Origin: Macrostomum lignano
Lineage: Eukaryota
Length of the DNA stretch: 64,000 bases
Direction: 5' to 3'
Assembly: GCA_002269645.1 (NCBI GenBank)
Contig: NIVC01000762.1
Location: 62,001-126,000 of the forward strand
Positions 46,595 through 58,700 of this stretch are shown here, piece by piece. The notes beneath the pieces were generated by a model, which was given only the letters and a program-made list of their open reading frames with translations, was not told the DNA's origin and made no database searches. The translations under genes and the position numbers were made by a program. Position 1 is the stretch's first letter; each line of letters opens with the position of its first letter.

Positions 46595-46894
46595 TGTGCG
46601 AGTGCACGCGTACAGTGCGCGGCGGGTGTACTGACGGTTTTCAAACCTATTATCTACGTGTGTACAATACTGTACATGTAGCATATAGTTTGCCTATGAA
46701 AATAGGGCTTGTGCGATATCTCTTCTGCCCAGTCTGCTTCTGCTTTTGCGCTTGTGCGCATGTAGAAAACGAATATCAAGCAAAATTAAGTTAGACAATT
46801 CTCAGAGAGCGAATGCGATCGTTTTTAGCTGTCACTGTACATCGGCGGTGAGTAAATATACCGAATGATTCTTACTGTCTCTAATTCACGAAGC

Positions 46895-48265
46895 ATCTGA
46901 GCGATTCCCCGTTGACTCTTATTAGCATGCGAGCGATTCCCCGTGACTTATAGCATGCGAGCGATTCCCCATGACTCTTATAGCATGCGAGCGATTCCCA
47001 ATGACTCTTATAGCATGCGAGCGATTCCCAATGACTCTTATAGCATGCGAGCGATTCCCCATGACTCTTATAGCATCTGAGCGATTCTCCGTGACTCTTA
47101 TAGCATGCGAGCGATTCCCAATGACTCTTATAGCATCTGAGCGATTCCCCGTTGACTCTTATAATATCTGAGCGATTCTCCGAGACTCTTATAGCATGCG
47201 AGCGATTCCCCATGACTCTTATAGCATCTGTGCAATTCCCCATGACTCTTATAGCATCTGAGCGATTCTCCGTGACTCTTATTAGCATGCGAGCGATTCC
47301 CCGTGACTCTTATAGCATCTGAGCGATTCCCCTTGACTCTTATAGCATCTGAGCGATTCCCCGAGACTCTTATAGCATCTGAGCGATTCCCCATGACTTA
47401 TAGCATGCGAGCGATTCCCCATGACTCTTATAGCATGCGAGCGATTCCCAATGACTCTTATAGCATGCGAGCGATTCCCCATGACTCTTATAGCATCTGA
47501 GCGATTCTCCGTGACTCTTATAGCATGCGAGCGATTCCCAATGACTCTTATAGCATCTGAGCGATTCCCCGTTGACTCTTATAATATCTGAGCGATTCTC
47601 CGAGACTCTTATAGCATGCGAGCGATTCCCCATGACTCTTATAGCATCTGTGCAATTCCCCATGACTCTTATAGCATCTGAGCGATTCTCCGTGACTCTT
47701 ATAGCATGCGAGCGATTCCCCATGACTCTTATAGCATCTGTGCAATTCCCCATGACTCTTATAGCATCTGAGCGATTCTCCGTGACTCTTATAGCATGCG
47801 AGCGATTCCCCATGACTCTTATAGCATCTGTGCAATTCCCCATGACTCTTATAGCATCTGAGCGATTCTCCGTGACTCTTATAGCATGTGAGCGATTCTC
47901 CGAGACTCTTATAGCATGTGAGCGATTCTCCGTGACTCTTATAGCATGCGAGCGATTCTCCGTGACTCTTATAGCATGTGAGCGATTCTCCGTGACTCTT
48001 ATAGCATGTGAGCGATTCCTCGTTGACTCCTATAATATCTGAGCGATTCCCCATGACTCTTATAGCATGTGAACGATTCTCCGTGACTCTTATAGCATCT
48101 GTGCAATTCCCCGTGACTCTTATAGCATCTGAGCGATTCTCCGTGACTCTTATAGCATCTGTGCAATTCCCCGTGACTCTTATAGCATCTGTGCGATTCC
48201 CCGTGACTCTTATAGCATCTGTGCGATTCCCCGTGACTCTTATAACATCTGAGCGATTCCAAATG
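46895..48265. repeat. 30-bp satellite GACTCTTATAGCAT(G/C)(C/T)GAGCGATTCCCCAT
   Basis: Direct. Confidence 0.95.
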
Positions 48266-48420
48266 ACTCACATATGACCTCAGCCACATGATCTGTTTGC
48301 AATAAAGCTACATGTATTCCCTATAAGCTTGGATACCTGAGCAAATCTTAGGTGTACAAAACAGATTTAATCGCTTATAAAAAAGCTTCATGTATTTTTG
48401 AAATCTTCAGAGCCTTAGAA

Positions 48421-49014
48421 ATGAAACTGCGCAACACGGAACTGAGGCATCTACTTATTTTCACTCTGCTTATCTGCTTAGCCTGCCTGCTTTATCCCAC
48501 TGACTGAGCAGAAGAAATCAATGCACAAGAGGGTAATAGCAACACAATCCCAACACCAATGCAGCGTGAGGATTTCGGCCTGGTTGGAAACCGATCGGAA
48601 AAGTTGCACCTGTTCAGACTGCAAGTTTACCGATTTGTCAAAGCCAGCGACTATGTTTGATGTTGAAGCCTTCTTGAGAACGGTTGAGACCTCCCCGCTG
48701 TGGCAGTGTCAACCATGGGAGGCGAATTGCTTCTGTAAAAGTCTCGATGAGTATAAAACTTTATCAAGTCCATACAGAGTTCCAGATGGTTCATTCGAAT
48801 TTCCAAGTTCCTATACAGAGGACTCCTGCTATACAGGAGAGAACCTGATTTCGTTAATATTTGTTACTACTGTGTTACTATAGCCGCTGTTGCCATATTC
48901 GTGCTGCATCGACGTGATCAAAAGCCCCGATTGTATCCTAGAGCGAATGATACAAATCAGCCGCTGGTCTTTCCGGAACCACCTGAACCTCCAGAGGCTG
49001 TACTGGACTTGTAG
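48421..49014 (+). pseudogene. Small type I membrane protein gene split by two compensating frameshifts (pseudogene or assembly error)
   Basis: Frame A from 48421 gives a signal-like MKLRNTELRHLLIFTLLICLAC; frame B (ORF 48521-48883) gives a Cys-rich ectodomain and the start of the TM; frame A again gives VTIAAVAIFVLHRR...TNQPLVFPEPPEPPEAVLDL* ending at 49014. Confidence 0.6.
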
Positions 49015-50145
49015 CCAAGTTAACTGACGTTATTCATAGTGTTTTTACAATGCTATCGTTAAGTTTCATAGTTTTGTTTTACACGTAACTGACCGTTAAT
49101 TGTTCGCATTTGGCATTTTAACATCAAAAGCACGCGTTTCAATGCATTAACTACGAGTATAAGGGCGCAGTTTGCTGGTTTTCATCGATACAGCCTGGTT
49201 TATAACGATTCTTATTGGGTGGTTGACAAAGACCCAACTTTCATTTCGACAGTAATTTGCGGTCTTGACAACTATCGACGTGTACCGTTCTGCATTCATT
49301 GACGACTTAAGAACTTCAGGGTACGTCGTTTTAGGTGTGATTATTCATTACCAACCCTCTCAGCCTTCCCTGATCATCATCATCCCCACTAAGACAAACC
49401 ACATTAGGCGATTAGACTTGAATGAATACGCGGTAGCTCTCGTAATACCTCACGCAAACTCTACTAGTTAAGTAATTTCCATGTAGAATATCAGGAGAAA
49501 ACTTCAGCAACCGCTAGTCAGCGCACGCGCATATACTTAAGCAATAACCAACAATAGCCCACGCAACCCTAACACCCAAGCAACCCCAGACCAGTCCAGT
49601 GGCACTTTGCCACCTTCCTCCCCGCATAATCAGTCATTCATATCCCCAGGCGGCCGGGTGTCTTCCGGATTCTCATGAATCGCCGTATAGAAGCTCATCG
49701 GTTTGGTCGGAGCCGGAGCAGTCCGCGGACTGCTGAACTCCAACTCCAACTGCTGCCAGTAGTTGCAAATCCAGGGCGTTTTCATCCAGATCCAAATCAG
49801 ATGTTTACTATGCAGTGTTTAAAAAGTATTTTCAGAAAGTCGTCTTACGTACGTCTAAAATGTAACATTTAGTGCAAGAATTTTAATTTGTCAAGGTATA
49901 CCTGTAGCTCTATACCTTTTGAGGTCTAAAATTTCATTAAACGACATTAAATATGACATGCCAGAACAAGGATGTTTAGAATCAGGATGCTCCAATGCTG
50001 TATGAAAACTCAACCAGCTAATTCAAGGAATACCCTTTTTTATGGGTATTCTGCTACAAAAGGTGTCTCCTACAAAAAATAAAAGCTTTTATATTTTTCC
50101 ACTTCAGTTTGCAACTCGATCGACTTCAATGCAAAACGCAACTTT

Positions 50146-52828
50146 ACTACGTAGCACGCAGTTAGAGCTGGGTTTTTAGGCAGATTTGACGCAAAAAACG
50201 CAAATTATACTATTATCTGAAAATGAAGTAAGTAGTATATGAAAACGATATCCTAAGCGTGATATGCGTATATGTATTCGTATATGTACATTAATCCATG
50301 TACTCATGTATGTACATTAATTCCATGTACATTAATCCCTATCTATCCCAAATTGTCCATGTCTATACCCAATTCTATATGTACACAGTACATACATGTG
50401 CATTAATCTACATGTACAATGTCATCCCCAGACGGCCCACGTGCGCCCCAAGATTACATGTACAACTCGAAACCCTACTACATGTACAGTTGTACAATCT
50501 CATCCAAATGAGTCAACTAATTGTACAGCTCACATCGTAATGTATATTTCCAATGTACATTCTCAGAGACAGATTTGAATAATACTGGTCGGAGCCTATA
50601 TGTACATCGATAGCCTCTATACTCATATCCGCTACATAAAATTAGGTATGTACATTTTCACCCTCGGAGAATGTAGGTTTGAATATGCTGATAATTTATT
50701 CGAAATCACTTATAAAATACACATACTTTCATATAGAGGCGGGCCTGTACAAACTCTCGCCAAGCGATGGGGTGGAGGTTGCGTCATCCAAGCCTCTCCC
50801 CAAGTCAGACCCCAAATGCAGGACTGTGTTGAAGCAGTGCTTTATATTTCTATTGACGGTGGGTATGATACAAGACGCTTCGTCGCGCTTTAATTACAGT
50901 AAACCATCCCCTCGAAGCTCCTAAACTGAATGCTGAATCACCCTTTAGCTCGGACCATAGTCAAATTCAACCCTGTTCGAAAACAGCCACCCCTCCGATA
51001 TTCACCAGACTCGTCTTCACAGCGCAGACCCCATAGCAAAATCGAGCTAAATTTTAACACTCGCCCTGTTCTCTCTGTCCCCCTTCTAAATGCCTAGGAA
51101 TTTCGACCCTCTCTCCATTTTCAGTGTACAGACAGATCTTTCCACAGCACAGACCCTATATTAAAATTCATTCAGCAAAACCCCTCTCTTCTCCGATTAC
51201 GTCATCCATGCCGCCCCAGATAGCAAGAAACCAACTTTTAATGCACACATCAACTCGCGAATCTGAGCAAATCCGAGTCCTCCAACCTCTACCTGCATTG
51301 ACAAACCCCAGCTGCATTTGTAAATGTACACAGCCTATGAATCAGTGTCTCCACCGCATGCAATTCTGATTTACTTGATCTAAACTTTGTAAATAGTATA
51401 AGTCACCCTTGCGTTTACTAGAAGTAGTGAAGTCCACAAATTTAAATACGTGAGGCTATTCAATTCTGCCTCTCCACCTCCCCTGCCTTCTCACTTCAAG
51501 CTTTCAGACTGGGTCTTTGAGACGGTTTAATCTGTTAGAAGCAGGAATTAATCATGCACTGACCTCTCCACACAAAGTAAAGTTGGAATTTCAAACAAGA
51601 AATTTGGTTATTTTGAAAGCTGAATGACTAGAAAAGCACATTTTTTCATAAGAAAATACAATTTTTCACAGTTTTTATGCATTTTTTACGTTAAAATGCA
51701 GACTTTATTGATCAAAATCAGTAGTTTCATCACTAGAAACCATACTTTCAACAGCTAATTTGTCCAAATGTCGCTTTCAACTTGACCTTAGACAGCTTTT
51801 AAGCAGGAATGAACCCCACGAACATACTACACAAGCTAGCCCAAAATCATCCAAAGACATGGCTATTGAAGCCTAAATTGCTAGAAATGCGCATTTTATT
51901 CATAAGAAAATACAAATTTTCACCGTTTTTATGCATTTTTACGTTAAAATGCAGACTTTATTGATCAAAATCAGTAGTTTCATCACTAAAAACCTCAATT
52001 TTAACACAAAATTATCACAAATGCTACTTCTGGAACTCTGAGACAGCTTTGAGCAGGAATTATAGCCGCACACGGATTACCCGAGCCAGTCCAATTTCCA
52101 CTAAAGCCATGGTTTTTTAAAGCTAATTCTTAGAATTTCTCATTCTTTCGTTTAATAAAGGCCAATTTTCACAGTTTTATAAACGTTAAAATGCGAAATG
52201 CGAATTGATCAAACTTAGTAGTTTCATCCCAAAAACCATAATTTTAACCGCTAATTTGTCCAAATGCTGATTTCAAAGTTGGCAAGAGACAGCTTTCCTA
52301 CATTCTCCGAGGGTGAAAATGTACATACCTAATTTTATGTAGCGGATATGAGTACAGAGGCTATCGATGTACATATAGACTCCGACCAGTATTATTCAAA
52401 TCTGTCTCTGAGAATGTACATTGGAAATATACATTACGATGTGAGCTGTACAATTAGTTGACTCATTTGGATGAGATTGTACAACTGTACATGTAGTAGG
52501 GTTTCGAGTTGTACATGTAATCTTGGGGCGCACGTGGGCCGTCTGGGGATGACATTGTACATGTAGATTAATGCACATGTATGTACTGTGTACATATAGA
52601 ATTGGGTATAGACATGGACAATTTGGGATAGATAGGGATTAATGTACATGGAATTAATGTACATACATGAGTACATGGATTAATGTACATATACGAATAC
52701 ATATACGCATATCACGCTTAGGATATCGTTTTCATATACTACTTACTTCATTTTCAGATAGTAGTATAATTTGCGTTTTTTGCGTCAAATCTGCCTAAAA
52801 ACCCAGCTCTAACTGCGTGCGACGTAGT
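50146..52828. mobile_element. Non-coding long-TIR element (532-bp TIRs, 6-bp TSD); Polinton/Maverick-like non-autonomous derivative or foldback element
   Basis: 50146-50677 is the near-perfect reverse complement of 52297-52828; AACTTT at 50140-45 and 52829-34; the spacer holds three ~260-bp degenerate tandem units (~51600-52290). Confidence 0.8.
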
Positions 52829-53339
52829 AACTTTTATTCTACGAGTATCCCACACAGTTAATCTATCTGCACGAAAGGGTTGATATCTAAGAAAGCGAAA
52901 CCGAGAAACGCGGTCCTAAAAAGACTGCACATTGGTGTACAGTTCTTACCAGTAACTCAACCATAGCATCCGCGTTTACGAGTTGTGAAGCAAGCCCTAT
53001 GTATAGATAACACAGTGTATGCCCTGCAAAATATTTTGATTCAATGTCTTTTATAGGAAACGGGCCCATGCAGAGAGTCCTGGTTCGAACGGCTCAGCTT
53101 TATCAGGTATTGCACCTCTGTGCGTGTTGATTGCCAATTTTGCTTGAAAAAGCAGCTTGCGGTATTTATAAACACTGAAAACAAACATTTGATTGTCTGT
53201 AATTCTTACACTCTACAGGTGCCCAGCTCGTACGATGCTTCAATTAATAAATGTGAGTTTTTTGGCACACTTCTCGCACTTCCGCATGTCATTGTTAGTC
53301 ATAGTTTATTCCTTAGTAAGCTAATGTTATATCCTTGAC

Positions 53340-53595
53340 AGTAGAGCTAAATTCATACAGTTCCACCGCAGCTATTGCACGCCGCATCTGAAGGCTGCGT
53401 ACGGCTGTTCAGTGCAAATGCTGGGGGGGGAGTCGCCACACACACTCTCAATTACCCCAGCTATAATGCTGGCACCCATTTTACAGCTGGGTGAACTGAA
53501 GCAGCAATGCAGATCAGTTAAGTGTCTTGCTCAAGGACGTAAATTGTTTCAGTGAGTCCGACGCTCGAACCACTACTAAGGCTACAGCCCTTTAG
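53340..53595 (-). mobile_element. CORE-SINE (MIR-like) with a tRNA-derived head
   Basis: Minus strand reads ggctgtagccttagtagtggttcgagcgtcggactc (tRNA 5'-half-like), then ccttgagcaagacacttaac...ttcagttcacccagctgtaaaatggg, which resembles the MIR CORE consensus ccttgggcaagtcacttaac...ctcagtttcctcatctgtaaaatggg (recalled, not searched). Confidence 0.6.
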
Positions 53596-53705
53596 ATCTT
53601 ATAAACCTCACTTCGTATGAGAAGAATAGGAAACATCTATAGCTTCATACGCTCGTAGAAAACCTTTGAAGGAAAGTTTAAGCTATATCAACTTGTACAC
53701 TTCAG

Positions 53706-54269
53706 AGCCGAACAGTCGCGTGCCTAATACTTGTTCTGATGATGCTCAGCTGTCCGTCAACAGGACAGCCAATAAGCGTCTCAAAGTCACAACAGGCTGC
53801 TACGACGATGCATCCTCGAAATTCGGAAAAACAACTTGAGAATTTCAAGTTCGTGACAGCTCCCAGTTCTAGTAGTTCGGTGACAACGACGGCCAAATCC
53901 GCCAAGACGAGGCTCACTACAGCCAGGAATAATTCCGACTCCGCATCAGGATCTGGCCAAGTTATAGGCTACATCATTATATTCGGAGTGTTAGGCCACG
54001 TCTTAATCGGACTGCTGATCTGCTGCGGTCTTTGTTGTTGTCCTTGCTGCAAAAATTACAGAGTGTCAAGGCAACCCAGCAATTCAGCTCAACCAACAAC
54101 TCAGTCCTACAGACCGAGCAGTGTGCGCACTGTCGCTACCACCAGTTACCGAGCACCCGTGTCGCAGCAGCAAATGCAAGGCATTGCCGTGGCGCGCGCC
54201 ACATACAATACTAAGCAGGGCACCATGGAGTTGAGCGTTACTCGCTTGGTGACAATAAGAACATCATAA
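53706..54269 (+). CDS. Small type I membrane protein with a Ser/Thr stalk and a juxtamembrane Cys cluster (CCGLCCCPCC; Shisa-like/palmitoylated); 5' exon not identified
   Basis: Acceptor cacttcag at 53705; signal-like VACLILVLMMLSCPSTG; TM VIGYIIIFGVLGHVLIGLLI; stop at 54269. Confidence 0.65.
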   Translation, partial: SRTVACLILVLMMLSCPSTGQPISVSKSQQAATTMHPRNSEKQLENFKFVTAPSSSSSVTTTAKSAKTRLTTARNNSDSASGSGQVIGYIIIFGVLGHVLIGLLICCGLCCCPCCKNYRVSRQPSNSAQPTTQSYRPSSVRTVATTSYRAPVSQQQMQGIAVARATYNTKQGTMELSVTRLVTIRTS

Positions 54270-54542
54270 TGCCCTACTCAAGCTGACGAGATTTCCCGGA
54301 GAGTTCGCAGCGTTTCAATTTTGACATCTACTACCTTATGATTCCCTATCACTGCCATATCAGATTGAAAGATAGAGGGTTAGATATATTTTATTAGAAA
54401 TCTAATTCATTATCCGAAATGGTACAGAAGTTATAGGTTTTCAACGTTTAAAATGCCACTACATAGCCTACTAACAGTAAGAAGAAGAAGCAAAAGTGCT
54501 TTCCAACATTCCAAAACTGAGTCCTGTTGCATACCATGGTTA

Positions 54543-55373
54543 CAGAATCATGCAGAATCAATCATTCAGAATCATGACGATTTATTAAGAATCATGCAGA
54601 ATCATGACGATTTATTAAGAATCATGCAGAATCATTCAGAATCATGACGATTTATTAAGAATCATGCAGAATCATGACGATTTATTAAGAATCATGCAGA
54701 ATCAATCATTCAGAATCATGACGATTTATTAAGAATCATGCAGAATCATTCAGAATCATGACGATTTATTAAGAATCATGCAGAATCATGACGATTTATT
54801 AAGAATCATGCAGAATCAATCATTCAGAATCATGACGATTTATTAAGAATCATGCAGAATCATTCAGAATCATGACGATTTATTAAGAATCATGCAGAAT
54901 CATGCAGAATCATGTAGAATCATGCAGAATCATGCAGAATCATGCAGAATCCTGCAGAATCATGCAGAATCCTGCAGAATCATGCAGAATCATGTAGAAT
55001 CCTGCAGAATCATGCAGAATCATGTAGAATCAAGCAGAATCATGCAGAATCATGTAGAATCATGCAGAATCATGCAGAATCATGCAGAATCCTGCAGAAT
55101 CATGCAGAATCATGCAGAATCATGCAGAATCCTGCAGAATCATGTAGAATCATGCAGAATCATGCAGAATCCTGCAGAATCATGCAGAATCCTGCAGAAT
55201 TATGCAGAATCATGCAGAATCATGCAGAATCCTGCAGAATCATGCAGAATCCTGCAGAATCATGTAGAATCATGCAGAATCATGCAGAATCCTGCAGAAT
55301 CATGCAGAATCCTGCAGAATCATGCAGAATCATGCAGAATCATGCAGAATCATGCAGAATCATGCAGAATCAT
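54543..55373. repeat. Compound array: ~30-44-bp AGAATCATGACGATTTATTA units changing to a 10-bp AGAATC(A/C)TGC array
   Basis: Direct. Confidence 0.95.
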
Positions 55374-55746
55374 GCTTTAACTTAATTTCTAAGCAAGTTC
55401 CTTCTTTGAACTGACCGGGGGCAAAAGCTGTATTAGGGCTACAGCGAGGATTTCTATCCAGAGCGGGAATTAAAGTGTAGAGAGTACGGGGATGCTTAGC
55501 TGTACAGTAGACAAGTAAGGGAAACGCACTGTACGTCCGCACCGTACATTGAAGCAGAAAAAGTAGCATCTTATAAAACGAGAACTGTGCAGAAGAGTTA
55601 ATGTCTTTTTCTTGCTTACACACATCAGTACATCATTACTGAAGCTTTAGTACGCAACTCATTAGAGCTGTTCAGTCAGCATGCTCAAGCAGTATTAGTT
55701 GTACAGAGAGACATTTTTCAGTACTCTAGTTCGTACTATGATGTAG

Positions 55747-58700
55747 ATGGAAGCTGAAGGCAAAGCTCTTTTCACTGCATCCTGTGATGGTCATCTCGAA
55801 CAGGTCAGATCGCTTCTACATTGTGGAGCTTGCGTCAATTTCCGAAACGACAACGGAGAGTCACCACTGTGGACAGCGTCGCAGAATGGTCATCAGTCAA
55901 TCGTCAGTTTGCTTATCACATTCGGAGCTGATGTCAATCTTCAAGAGAAAGTCACCGGCTCTTCGCCACTGTACATCGGATCGCAGTATGGTCATTGTCA
56001 AGTTGTCGAACGTCTCATCGAAGCAGGAGCTAACGTCGACCTTCAACGAATAAGCGGGGAATCGCCAATCTACGTTGCATCGCGAAATGGTCATCACCAT
56101 CTGGTTAAGTCCCTAATCGCAGCTCAAGCAAGCGTTGATCTTCTTCGCAATACGGGCCAGTCACCACTGTACATCGCATGCCAGAACGGGCAGCGGCAGG
56201 TGGTTAAATTACTCATCAAAGGAGGAGCAGATGTCGATCTGCGGAGACAGACTGGTCAGTCGCCACTGTACATTGCTTCGGAAAATGGTCACTATAGAGT
56301 TGTAAAATCTCTTATCAAAGCACAGGCCGATGTCAACCTTCGGGAGGCTGTTAATGGCTGCTCACCGGTTTACATTGCATCGCAAAAAGGCCACTATCAG
56401 ATTGTTGATGCACTCATCAATGCGCAAGCAGATGTCAATCAAAAAAGTAACAATGACAGATCGCCTCTGTATATTGCAGCCCAGAATGACCACCATGGAG
56501 TGCTTGAGGTTCTTCTTAAATGCGCCCCTCTTGACCGCTCCCTGCACGAACTTCAGCTGGCATTGAATCGGGCTCGGGAGTTCGGCAGCGCTCGAGCAGC
56601 TGAAGTCTTGGACCGAACCATAAGAGGTGACGCACGGTCATGCTCACAGTTGCAAAAGACAAAAGGTGAGCAGATTAATTAGCCTTCCTGTAAAAAATCT
56701 TGAGCGTTTCAATTTTCAACTCTTTTGAGCGTTTCAATTTCTTTTTTTGTTTCAAAGCTGCTCCAAGCAATGATGCAGTGCTCAGTCTGCGGCTGAATTC
56801 AGCGCTAAGACGATCGGGCTTCGTGCACTCCAGAGCCGCCTTGCAGAGCGCTGCTGCCGATGTACTGCAGGATATCCTGAGGAAGAGGCATAACGACTCT
56901 GCGTTTTTCGTGGTTGGCAGTTTCACCGACGGCTGGGGCAACAGCCTGAGCAGTTTGGATGGCAGGACTGGCATCGAGTCTGATATTGATGTGCTGCGCA
57001 TCATCCAAGGACATGACATCCATCTCAAGAATCTGTGCGAGTGCCCTGTAGCTGATGATCAGAAAGTGGAGTATAATAACGGACACATCATGACACAAGG
57101 CTACGGTGAGAACCTATGAGCGATTCAACATAAAGTCGGACACTTTAATTACTTGCTTGACTTCGCAGCAGGGGACACAGGTCCGTCCCGGATGCAGCTG
57201 GGTGACCTTGCCGTCCAGCTTGGCGCCCCTTTCCAGCAGGCTTAGCGCCCCCTGAGACGTATGTCCACCCAAGCAGAAATCCTGTCTACGCCCCAGGCTA
57301 ACCAAGAAAAGCAGAGGTGGCTAATGTGAGAGCCGTAGACACCAAATCCAAGAGCCAACCAAAATCAGAGCCGTAGCCAGAAGCACTGGGACACTTACCA
57401 AGATCACCCGTAATCAACATGGCCTACTCAAAAGTCAGAGTCATGGGTCGGTTGCCAAAGTCCAGATAGCCCAACAAACGCAGGGCCTGCCTTGAATGCT
57501 TTCGAAGTGTGCACCTCTGGGTCGGCTTGTCAGTCAGGGATTGCAGCTATAGAGCATTGCAGACCGTAGCTCGTTAACCTGGTTAGTGCTGAACTCACCG
57601 TATAAAGCCAAGTCAAACAGTCGATTTTCATATCATCCGTCATTTACAAGTTAGCTGTGGCCAGCTGGGGGGAATTAAATCCAAATTTCAAGTGGGAAAA
57701 TATCTCTCCACTCTAAAGAGTACATAGAAACAAAATTACAAAGTATTGCAAACCCGCAGCATCGAGGCCAGCAGTCCGATTTCGAGGTTCGCCTGTGCGA
57801 CCTGCCGTGGATAAAGTTGACGCCCACCGCCTCTGCCGCTACCCGCCCATCGCGCCGCTGCTTGGGAACCGAGTCTCTGACTCAAACATCCCCCAGTCCG
57901 TTTTGCGATTGCTAGAGCAGGATCTCACCTCTGCCTCATCGCCCTGTCACGTGGTGCACGCAGCTCCTCCCGGAAAAGGAGGCCAGCAGCTCCGAGTGAG
58001 CACCAGCTTCCTGGAGAGGCGGTTGCTGCGGAGTCTCAGCACTCTGCAGGGCCAGCTGTTCGTCACGCTCAAGCAGCTGCTGAAGAAGGCCGTCCGACAC
58101 AACGGCTTCAGGTCCTATCACGCAAAAACAATCTTGCTAAGAATGCTCGAGGAGACACCGGCTGATCAGTGGAACGACCCTCGGAATCTCATGAGTCTCA
58201 CCAGACGCTCGCTGCAGATGCTTGAGAGCGACTGCAGATCAGACAGACCTGACGCCAGGATCATGGACCACTTCTTCCTTGACGATTCCGCTGTGTACCT
58301 GAGAGGCGTGGACACCTCATCGGCTGAGAAGGTGACTCGAGCGTTGACTGAGGCAGCCGATGCGGTGAGAAAGGCGATCGATAGGCTGCCTGAGCTGCTG
58401 CTGGAGTTCGAGCACAACCTGCGACCCGTCACCGACTCGGGCCGATTCCACTTCCACCCGTTTCTCATCTTGCCAATGATAGACTACCAAGCTCCAGTGT
58501 CAGCAGCGAAGGTGTGCGAGTACCACGAGATTTACAGCGTCGTGAGAGAGTCGCTGCTTCGAGTTTCAGACGGAGACCGAAGCTCAGAGTCCCGACAGCG
58601 TCTCTCGGAGCTGATCGGCAAGCTGCCAGACTGCGCCCGCTCGGCGAGAGAGTCCCTCAGAGCGCTGAACTGCCTGAAGTTCGGCAACCGAGAGGCTGCA

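Noticed and set aside
50298-52676. Identical ORF pairs on opposite strands as duplicated genes
   Set aside because: They lie in the two arms of the inverted repeat and have no protein-like features
54892-55385. MQNHAESCRI repeat ORFs as an N-terminal extension of the ankyrin gene
   Set aside because: 10-bp array ending in stops ~370 bp before the ATG; no linking splice sites seen
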